Assembly: GCA_951406725.2 (NCBI GenBank)
Contig: OX597825.1
Location: forward strand, 75,888,001-75,952,000
Direction of reading: 5' to 3'
Source: Octopus vulgaris
Lineage: Eukaryota
Length of the DNA: 64,000 bases
Notes under the pieces: generated by a model
The model's input: the letters and a program-made list of their open reading frames with translations, nothing else
What the model was told of the DNA's origin: nothing
Databases searched by the model: none
Shown: one piece after another, positions 53,844 to 64,000 of the stretch
How the letters are laid out: every line of letters begins with the position of its first letter
How positions within the stretch are numbered: the first letter of the stretch is position 1
Program-made: the position numbers and the translations under genes

Positions 53844-54543
53844 ATGAACATGGGGCAGAAAGTGTCGGGTGGCCTAAAGACTATATCAAGAGAGCCAACA
53901 TATAAAGTTCTGAACAAGGAACAGGCTTATAATCCAGATTTTCAGAAGCCAAGTCGCCTGGACATGTTGCTGGACATGCCACCTGTACCGTTTGAAGTTC
54001 AAATTTCTCATGCTTGGAACGCGGACGATAGATCATTAAACATATTCGTTAAGGATGACGACAAAACTACATTTCATAGACATCCTGTTGCTCAGAGTAC
54101 AGACTGTATCCGTGGGAAAGTTGGATATTCACGTGGCTTGCACGTCTGGGAAATTGTTTGGAGTACACAACAGCGGGGAACACATGCAGTTGTAGGTGTA
54201 GCGACACTAGATGCACCGCTGCACTGTGTGGGATACCAATCTTTAGTCGGAAGTAACCATGAGTCATGGGGATGGGACCTAGGACGCAACAAACTTTATC
54301 ATGATGTAAAGAATAACCCTGGAGTGTCTTACCCTAAATTGCCAAACTCCGAGGAAAATTTCTATGTACCGGACAATTTTCTTGTTGTTTTAGACATGGA
54401 TGAAGGTACATTAAGCTTTGTTGTGGATGGACAGTACCTAGGGGTGGCATTCCGTGGCTTAAAAGGAAAGAAACTTTTTCCAATTGTTAGTGCTGTATGG
54501 GGACATTGTGAAATAACTATACGCTACATTGGAGGACTGGATC
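53844..54543 (+). CDS. SPSB1: SPRY (B30.2) domain-containing SOCS box protein (SPSB1/4, gustavus orthologue); first coding exon, SOCS-box exon not found in window
   Basis: Translation [13 protein letters not shown]...[17 protein letters not shown]...[12 protein letters not shown]...[14 protein letters not shown]...[18 protein letters not shown] closely matches SPSB1/Gustavus. An in-frame TGA at 53739-53741 precedes ATG 53844 (second ATG 53850). The exon ends GAT C|GTAAGT (phase-1 donor 54544) exactly where the PEPLPLMDLCR SOCS box would begin. Confidence 0.96.
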
Positions 54544-54677
54544 GTAAGTACCATCAATGTTCTTTACTTTGTGGATGAGGCAGATTTGTATCTGTTCTGT
54601 CCTCTTTCTTGTGTTTATTTCCTGTTGAACTTTATAAAGAATTATTTTGTTCTAATTTTTTACACAACCCTCTTCAG

Positions 54678-55525
54678 ACGAGGTACTGTTGTAATGTGGT
54701 AATTTTATAGTGAGGTACTGCAATAATGGGGTACCATTATAAGGTGTTGATTGCCGTAATAATGTTTTGTTGTAAGGTGGTTACTGTTACAGTGAGGTAC
54801 TGCAGTAGTGTGGCACCATTGTAGAGTGTTGAATGCTGTAATAATGTATTGTTGTAATGACTACAACGAGGTATTACTGTATTGATTACTATATAGGCGC
54901 AGGAGTGGCTGTGTGGTAAGTAGCTTGCTAACCAACCACATGGTTCCGGGTTCAGTCCCACTGTGTGGCATCTTGGGCAAGTGTCTTCTGCTATAGCCCC
55001 AGGCCGACCAATGCCTTGTGAGTGGATTTGGTAGACGGAAACTGAAAGAAGCCCGTCGTATATATGTATATATATATATGAGTGTGTGTGTGTGTCTGTG
55101 TTTGTCCCCCTAGCATTGCTTGACAACCGATGCTGGTGTGTTTACGTCCCCGTCACTTAGCGGTTCGGCAAAAGAGACCGATAGAATAAGTACTGGGCTT
55201 ACAAAGAATAAGTCCCGGGGTCGATTTGCTCGAATAAAGGTGGTGCTCCAGCATGGCCGCAGTCAAATGACTGAAACAAGTAAAAGAGTAAAGAGTAAAG
55301 AGTATTGTAAGGTGTTAATGCTGTAATCATATACTGTTGTAAAGTATAGACTGCTTTGGTAGGTTTTCTTGTGAGTTGCTGACTGTTATGATGAGGCATT
55401 GGGACTATTGCAAAGTATAGGGTACTGTAATGTTGCCGTAAAGTCTTCATTTCTGTGATGATATAGTGATGTAATGAAGTACTGTGTTGTAAACAGGTAG
55501 TGTTGTAAAGTGTCAACTACTGCAG
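54678..55525. repeat. Degenerate GAGGTACTGTTGTAATGT minisatellite interrupted by the SINE at 54896-55303
   Basis: Recurrent GGTACTG and TTGTAA motifs on both sides of the SINE. Confidence 0.6.
54896..55303 (+). mobile_element. SINE family A, young copy downstream of the SPSB exon
   Basis: Near-consensus with CpGs retained; (AAGAGTA)n tail. Confidence 0.9.
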
Positions 55526-56715
55526 CTAAATTCAACTAACAATGCCTTGCTTCTGTGTTAAATTATTGCTATTATTCATACGATTCCCCAATTGCTGTGG
55601 TTTAATTAGTTATATTAGCAATTCTGAAGTGCTGATATCGATATTTGCTGGAGCAACATATGACAAAAATAGAAGTAAGCTCTCTGCCTGCCAAATACAT
55701 AAACTCTACTTTGATTCCCAATTGAAAGGAATTCACTTCACCTGTGCTGACAAAACCTTGTGGAAAAGTATAATTATGAAATTCTGTTTCCTCTAACTCT
55801 CAAACCCCTATCACTATAAATCTTAAACAAAGCACTGTACTTCTTAATCAAAAGAAATCAAAACTATTCAGTTGATTGATTAGTCACAGGTGAGAATATA
55901 CCATTGATTTATTAATTAGGTGATTTGCGAAGATATATTATACAGTATATAACAATTTCTAAAATTTGCATGGAGTACTAGTAAATTAAATACCAATATA
56001 TTAGGGTTGGTTATATCTATCCTTTTTTTTCCAACAATAGGAATTTTTTTAAAAACTTTTGCTACGTAAATGAGATCTTTATTTAGCATTTTTCTAAGAC
56101 TGCAATCTTCAGTTGATTTCATCTTATCCTCATTTTGTTTCTGTTCATGATATCTAATTCAATGAAGAAAATTGTTCATCATTGCATGGTTGAGTGATCT
56201 GAAAATGTAAAAGAAACATATGCACAGCACAACACACTTAACCATTTAAAAATTTAAACTGGCTATATCAAGCCCAAAATTTTACCCATTTTATGTTCAA
56301 GCTGGCCAGATCCTACCTCTCACACTTACCGTACAATGTCTAAAAGTAAACAATTACATTAACAAGATCTTGAAGCTACCCACAAAAGTCATGATTAATT
56401 CAAAACAATGCAAATGAATAAACACTGCATTTGACAGCAATCTGAATCCTAAATATTCCAACACTGAAGAATGGTATGATCCTCCAACTTGTTGGATCCT
56501 GTCAAACCTCCCAATCCATGCTAGCATGAAAGACAGACATTGAAAAACAATGTTGAATTTGTATTCAAAGAAATACATGTAAGTTATTGTTAAGGGAGTG
56601 AAGCATTTAAAATTCTATAGTTAACTGTGTATGCATCCATTTGAGTGTGAACTAGTTGCATGCAGTTACAGATCATGACTTGGATTGACTTTAAAAAATT
56701 ACAATTATTTTTCTA

Positions 56716-57095
56716 AAGCAAACGTTTGCGAATGCGCACGCAAACGTTCGTGCATGCGCACTTACACGTTCGCGCATGCGCACTTACTGTTTGCGCGTGC
56801 GCACTTTCGCGCATGCTCACTTACACATTCGTGCATGCATTCGGACACGTTCGCACATGCGCACTTATACGTTCGCGCATGCGCACTCACACGTTCGCGC
56901 ATGCGCACTTACACGTTCGCGCATGCGCACTCACACGTACGCGCATGCGCACGCACGTCCATGCATGCGCAAGCAAACGTTTGCGCATGCGTATGCACAC
57001 GTTCGCGCATTTACACCTACACGTTCGCGTATGCGCACTTACACGTACGCGCATGCACACGCACACGTACGCACATGCACATGCACACGTACGCT
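56716..57095. repeat. CpG-rich 22-bp minisatellite (ACACGTTCGCGCATGCGCACTT)n
   Basis: Directly visible tandem units; degenerate at the edges. Confidence 0.92.
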
Positions 57096-57230
57096 GTGTA
57101 TATATACATTTATGAATTTGTATTGCAAGTTTCCTGCTGTGAAACGGTGTTGAAACAGATTTTTTATTTCGGGATGTTTTTTCTTTTTTTTGCTGAATAA
57201 ACACCCATGTTATATATTCACTCTTCTCTC

Positions 57231-57475
57231 ATTTATTACTGTTATTACTTTAACTCTTGTCCATTGCCTGGAATTTTTTCATCACACATCTGTGACTTCT
57301 TCAGTGACACTTTCCATCCTCATGTGTGCTCCTGCTCTGTTTAGTCCATTCTAACAATGCTCTAAGCGGAACAGGAGCACACATGAGGATGGAAAATGTC
57401 TCTGAAGAGGTCACAGGTGTGTGATGAAAGATTTCGAGACAATGGACATAAGTTTAAATAAGAACAGTAATAAAT
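57231..57475. repeat. Long imperfect palindrome (Penelope-like inverted ends) with a hammerhead-like motif in each arm
   Basis: Arms 57231-57344 and 57362-57475; 24-bp perfect core (57311-57334 / 57372-57395). Confidence 0.85.
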
Positions 57476-57569
57476 AAGTAAAGAACAAATATATAGTTTG
57501 CGTATTTTATTGACAAAGAAAGGAAAAAAAAAATAGACCATCCTGAAATTAAACAGTCTATATATAAGT

Positions 57570-57600
<31 letters not shown>

Positions 57601-58158
57601 GTCAGTATTCTGTGGCACTTAAGAAGATAAGGGAGCAGGTCCATTCTCTCTATTTTCAACCACTTGACTATAGATTGATTACTATAATTACACTCCAATA
57701 TTTTATTGGAAACATGTATAAGCCTAGAATAACTATACAAAGGACCCATTATCTGTGTGCTGGCATGAGTTGGATGGTTTGGCAGGATCCAGTGAGGCTC
57801 AAGAACTGCATTGTTCTCCAATACTGCTTTAGTGTGATTTCTATGGGGTGACGCTATTCTTAATGCCAGCCAGTGTACAGCATGTACTGGATGGTTTACT
57901 TGTGCGGCCAGCACTAGTAAGGCAGCCATGCCTAATTGGAAGTGGGGGCTACTTTATGCTAAGAGAATGAGGAGATGGGTAGAGTATAAAAGAAGAAGGG
58001 CTGATGAAGAACAGGTTTCTTGCAGTAGCTGCAGCTACACCTAGCATCCTCAGTAACCACTCAAATTTTTGAGTGTGATACCCTGTCATCAGATTTATGC
58101 ATATCAATGAAAGCCAGGAATAGCTGTATTCTTAACCAAGTATTTCTCTGACAGTATA

Positions 58159-58189
<31 letters not shown>

Positions 58190-58366
58190 ACACACACATG
58201 CACGCGCACACACACACATGTATATGCCAGTATTTATTTTTTTAAGCCTGGTAATTCTATCAGTCTCTCTTGTCAGCACTAAGTTAAGCGATGTAAACAA
58301 ACCAACACTGGTTGTCAAACAGTGGTGAGGGACAAATGCAAAGGCACTCACATATATTCATGCATA

Positions 58367-59568
58367 CAGGGTCTTGCAGATAAATTTACAATGCATAAAA
58401 CTGCTTATAAATACTAAAATAAAGGTAGACAGATATAATTTTAATGTAACATTTATCATAACGCAAATATTTATCACTCAATATGGCTGCACTTTGGGAC
58501 ATTTACTGCCTCCAACAAAAGAACAAAATATTTTTGCAGCTGCCCTTTTGATTCTGCATGTTGGACACATAATGCAGGTATTCAGACTGTTGACATTTGA
58601 GTGTGGTGAAGCATTGATCCTTGCTTGAAGTACACACCCCATAAAAAGTAATTAAGAAGGTTGAGATCTGGGCTATTACTGGACCAGATGTTGGCTCTCA
58701 TAAAAAATAGCACCTTCTCACGAAGGAAGGCCTGTGTTACTTTTAACCCATGGCATGGTGCAGAATCCTGGATAAGCTCCACACTGTCAAACCCAGACTT
58801 CTCCATCCAAGGTAACAGAGTTTTTCAGGCTGTCCAGATACTCCATTGTGTTGATCTTCAAGCCAGACTCAATGAAATGTGGATCCATGACTCTTCCATC
58901 ACTCGCCACAGCTCCAAATACCATTACAGAGGCAGGATTCTTATTTTCAAACACAGGGGGGACATCAGAAGGGTTGTATACAACTACTCAAGAATTTCTA
59001 TGATTCATCTCAGCGGCCACAGTGAACTTCTCATCCACAAACATAAGAGTTTTTCCTGCACCTTGATTACTTTGGCCTTGGCTGTTAGGAGGTGATGGTA
59101 GTCCTAGCTAATCATACCAAGGTTCCTGTCCACAGCTCTGGACACCATGGAAAGGGACACATTGCATTTCTTTGCAAGAGTTGTCATGGATGTGGATGAG
59201 TTGGCTTCAATCAAGCATTTGAGATCAGTGACAAACTTTGGATTGGGTTTGGAATCACTTTGAGTCTTGTGTTCTTTACTATTAACCTTTTTCTCTTTTT
59301 TAAATTGTTTATACACCCGATAAACTGTTACATTTGGAAGTTTTCTCAACTTCACAATTTTGTTGGCAATGTGCCTGGCGCATGCCAAAACAACAATAGC
59401 GAAATGATTCTGTTGTTCCATGACTTCCTTTTGTCGAATTAGTTTGCTATTTACCTGAAAAATAAAGAGGAAGATTATATTTTCATGCAAGGTTTTGTCA
59501 AAAAACGAAATGTTAAACCCACCAAGTCAACTGCTTAAAATTGGTCTCAATTTATCTGCAAGACCCTG
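58367..59568 (-). mobile_element. DD37D (maT-type) transposon, full length, decayed
   Basis: Perfect TIR CAGGGTCTTGCAGATAAATT at both ends with TA duplications (58365-66, 59569-70); QDSAPCH...WSSNSPDLNLLNY has 37 residues between the second D and the third catalytic position (mutated D to N). Confidence 0.93.
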
Positions 59569-62224
59569 TATATACAATGGGATTCTTTCAGTTTCTCTCT
59601 TCCAAATCCACTCACAAAGCTTTGGTCATCCTGGTGCTAGTAGAAGACACGCAATGGGCTTCTTTTCGTTTTATCCATATCTATGTATCTGCTAGTTGGC
59701 TAAATTGTCTGTTGTATATAAGGGCAAAGGTCACCTTATATTTTAAAAACTGATTTATTTCACCTGTCAGGCTCACTGTGTTCTGAGTTCAAAATCAGTT
59801 AACGTCAACTTTGCCTTTCATCCTTTTAGGGTTGATAAATAAAGTAACAATCAAGTCAATTTTCCTCTTACTTTCACTCTTTCCTTCACTCTTTCCTTCT
59901 GTCTATTCTCTCTTTTTAGAAGGTATCAGCTGTGATTCACATCTGGAAAAGAATAGGCTCTGCTAAACCTAAGAATACTCTAGTCACACCATGGCACATA
60001 ACAGCATTTCTATGACTCTAACAAGGAGTTGAGGGCCCAATGCCAAGGCAAAACATATGCCTTATGTATATTATTACTCTCAATTTGATGTTTTTCTCTT
60101 CTATCAAAACCTCTTAACTCGCTATATCTAAGAAAACATACACATGGAGAAGATACTATCTCAAGGCGCTGCACAGTGAGACTGAACCTGAAACCATGTG
60201 GTTGGGAAGCAAACTTCTTAACCACACAGCTATGCTTGCACTTAAGAATAATATGTCTGGGCTCTGCTTACGAAGCATGTCAAAACAATTTTGGCAGCAT
60301 CGATGTACTTCATTAAGCTTTAATTAGCTTTACATTTTGAATATTTCCTTTGAAATCAAGCAACAGTGTAATGTTTTCCATTGCAACTCTATGCTAATAT
60401 CATAGCACCTTAAAAACATTCAGTTGCACTTTTTTTCCCCCCCCATAGTAATTTGTGATCGTATTAAGTTACACTGAAATAATCAAAACTAATTATAAAA
60501 GGGGTGGGGAACAAAGAAAGAAAATAAAAAGCCTTTAGAATGAATCCACTTAGCAATTGAAATTAGTGATTTGAAAATAATTTGAAGAAAATTTTCATTG
60601 ATGTAATGGATTTAAATTTTTTAAAAAATTATTTATTAGGTTTTGTATAAATACACTCATACATACATACACACACATGCACACACAGCTATTCACATAT
60701 GTATGTAAACACTTGTGCTTGCACACATTCACATACACTCATATATATATATATATATATATATAGGTTTTTGTATCTCTGCATCTATATGTATAACTGT
60801 ATGTATATTTATTATATATATGAAACTTAATTGTGTTTATCTGCATCACTATTCCCGTGTATACACTCACATACACACACATATACTTACAATGTATGTA
60901 TACACAAGGACACACAGACACAGGTAACTAGCATTTGAATACAGTAACTTGAAGAAAATGAAATTATTTGTATATAAGGGCAAAGGTCACCTTATATTTT
61001 ATAAACTGATTTATTTCACCTATCAGCTTCACTCTGATTGAATATTTGAAAAAAAATTATTTTTTTCCTTTGATGAATTTATGATAATTCTCTGTTCAGT
61101 TGGGAATGAGGTATCATAGATTGTAAAAGTGTTTGTGTGTGTGTGTGTGTACAAGAGAAGAAAGTAAATTGTTGAAGTGAAAGAATGAAAAAAAGGAGAG
61201 AAAACGAGGGGCAGTAAGAGCAAAGGACTTAAAGAAATAAAAAAAAGTAGCAGTTCGAGAAAGAGCATACTGACCAGGTGTGTGTGTGTGTGAGAGAGAG
61301 AGAGGGGGGAGTGAGGTAGGTGGCAGTTTGAGAAGGAGTATGTGTGAGATAGAGTGAGAGAAAGGTAAGTAGCAGTATGAGAGCACACTGACCAAGAGGG
61401 AGAGAGAGAGACAGTAATTGGAGAGTAACTCTGACCAGAACAGAGTTGGGTAGAGGGTGGCAATATAAGAGAGCACCTTCTCCATGTGTGTGTGTGAGAG
61501 AGAGACAGAGAGAGAGATAGAGAGATACCATTTCATATGATACAAAGAGAAGACAGCTACAGGCATGTGACTAAGAGACGAGAGAAGAAAACATGTTTGT
61601 TCATTGCATTAAGTTTTATGACATGTCATACTTGTAATACTATTTCTGTGTTAGTTACATGTCCTTTATAATTAAACATAGGCAGAGTGGTTTAAACAAT
61701 AGTGTTTATTATTGCTGACAGCATTGCACAGTGACCCTAATAAATCCATTTCATACATGAAGGTAATGTTTGACACTGGTAAACACGCAACTGCTAGATT
61801 ATCTTATTTCTCAGGTGAATGTATTTCCCTTGCTTTGTTTTTGTTGTTAATTCAACCAGTAATTGCCTTGTTTCAGTTTTTGAAAATGTATTCAAGGTTG
61901 AAATAAAGAAAAACACCTTAACATCAAAATATATTAAACAAGTGAAGAAACTGGTGTGAATGTACTCATATACACACCCACTTAGGAACATTTACATGTA
62001 TAATGCTTCATCTGCATGCAATTTCAAGTATTCCTACTCACACACACACGTTTCTAGCTACATAGACTTCTGTATTTACATAGACATTTACCTGCACACA
62101 CACATATAACTAACTATATGCCTCGCATAAACACAGCAAGTGCATCCAAACATACACACCGACATACAAATATCTGCAATATGTATACACAAATATAGTT
62201 GTGCATGCAAATATAAGTAGAAAG

Positions 62225-62707
62225 GATCATCATTATTATTATGTGAGAGAGCAGTGCATGCCATCAAAGTGACACTGGGGTACAAATATATACAAAGTCC
62301 AGTATACTCATCATGACTACCCGTCTGATAAGGGTACACCAGGCAAATGCACCACAGCCATATGTGCGTAACATGGTGGTCTCATATCAACATAAACAGC
62401 ACTTGACCTTGTAAGTGATGTCCAGTTGGAATCTTCTTCAGGTCGAGTAGCCCATCCCACTCAACAGGTCCCTGAATTGGGGTTGTTTCAGGATGTTGAA
62501 CAAAACACCCATGTTTCCAAAGGTGAATTATTCAAACCCCAAAGAATGCCTCTCAACACATTGCTATGATGCTCCCCCACTGCTTGTGATCAGAGATACA
62601 GATATTGTCTGCCACCAAGGAACATGCTCAACTGGTTAAGGTCAAACAACTGACAAGCAAATCTGTGGTATTCTGCAGAATATTTGCTGTAGCCTATCTT
62701 TTACACC
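62225..62707 (-). mobile_element. Unclassified interspersed repeat, probably a retroelement 3' region with (TAA)n tail
   Basis: GC-richer block bounded by ATT repeats on both sides; single copy in the window, no ORF. Confidence 0.35.
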
Positions 62708-62763
62708 ATTTATTATTATTATTATCATCTTCTTCACCTCCTCCTCCCCGCCGCCGCAGCAGC

Positions 62764-63815
62764 AGCAAGCTGGTAGAATTGTTAGTACACCAAAGTGCTT
62801 AGCGGTATTTGATCCATCTCTTTATATTCTGAGTTCAAATTCTGCTGAAGTTGACTTTGTTTTTCATCCTTTTGGGGTCAATAAAATAAGTACCAATCAA
62901 GCGCTGAGGTTGATGTAATTGTCTATTCCCCTCCCCTAAATTTACTGGCTTCATGCTAGAGTTTGAAACCATTATTATTATTATCATCAAGGTGGCAAGC
63001 TGGCAGAATCGATAGCTTGCTGGATGAAGTGTTTAGCAGTATTTCACCCATCGCTATGTTCTGAGCTTAAATTCCACCGAGGTTGACTTTGCCTTTCATC
63101 CTTTTGGGGGTCAATGTAATCAACTTGTCCCCTCCCCCCAAATTCCTGCCCTTGTGGCAAAATTTGAAACCATAAGGCAGTAAGCTGGCAGAATTTTTAG
63201 CACACTGGGCGAAATGCTTAACGGTATTTTGTCTGTCGCTATGTTCTGGGTTCAAATTCTGCCAGCATTGACTTTGCCTTTCAGCCTTTCAGAGTTGATA
63301 AATGAATTACCAGTCATACACTGGATCGATGTAATCGACTAGTCACCTCCCCCCAACAACAACAAAAAAAAAAGTAGAAATTTCAGTTGAAAGGATTATC
63401 ATTATTATAATTATTATTATTGCCGGCAGAATCATTAGCTTGCTGGGTAAAATGCTTAGCAGCATTTTGTCTATCAGCACATTCTGAGTTTAAATTCTGC
63501 CAGAGTTGATAATAATGAAACGCTGAAGTCAATGTAAATGTCTAGTCCCCTTCCTTTAAAGGTGGAAAGGATTATTATTATTATTATTTTCATTAAGGCG
63601 GCAGAATCGTTAGCAAACTGGGTAAAATGCATAACGACATTTCGTCCATCTTCATGTTCTGAGTTCAAATTCTGTCAGCTTTGCTTTTCGTCCTTTTAGG
63701 GGTTGATAAAATAAGTATCAGTTGAGTAGTAAGGTTGATATAATTGCCTTACACCCTCTCCCAAAATTGATGGCCTTGAGTTAAAATTTGAAATAATAAT
63801 AATAATAATAATAAT
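62764..63815 (+). mobile_element. Head-to-tail array of five family B SINEs
   Basis: Units start near 62764, 62990, 63175, 63425 and 63595 (GGCAGAATxxTTAGC) and mostly end in (ATT)n/(AAT)n. Confidence 0.8.
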
Positions 63816-64000
63816 ATCATTATTATGTTCAATAAATAAATGCATCAGTATAGAGTAAAAAGGTGTAAAAGTACGTGTTGAAAATTGAATGATTTTCATA
63901 ACTGGTTTCATGAGAACATTGCAAATAGATTTGATGTTTATTGGGAAATTACTTGTTTATACACACTTACCTAGACACACACACACATTTTTGTATAAAT

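Noticed and set aside
56685-57204. Overlapping His/Ala/Arg-rich ORFs and a CRISPR-like periodic look
   Set aside because: Pure tandem minisatellite with no unique spacers and no cas genes; open frames follow from the repeat lacking stop codons.
61029-61566. Three overlapping 100-150 aa Ser/Leu-rich minus-strand ORFs
   Set aside because: GA/GT low-complexity sequence with no recognisable domain or splice structure.

Overview
AT-rich, microsatellite-dense eukaryotic genomic DNA, most likely a coleoid cephalopod (Octopus-like; inferred from the repeat families, not proven). Only one real protein-coding exon is present: the SPRY-domain exon of an SPSB/gustavus gene on the + strand (acceptor AG 53712-53713, ATG 53844, donor GT 54544). 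The SOCS-box exon was not found and probably lies beyond the window. The rest is intron/intergenic DNA filled with several tRNA-derived SINE families, decayed Tc1/mariner transposons (three DD37D-like), piggyBac- and Kolobok-like MITEs, non-autonomous Helitrons, RTE and HERO LINE fragments, and Penelope-like palindromes with hammerhead-like motifs. The most striking observation is that the SPSB exon is bracketed by two young inverted SINEs. If back-spliced, the 830-nt circle is one uninterrupted ORF whose stop overlaps its own start (TAATG), giving a 276-aa SPRY protein with a poly-Leu tail instead of a SOCS box. Nearly all other ORFs in the supplied track are repeat or microsatellite artefacts. 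Family names and identity estimates are by eye and from memory; no searches were run.
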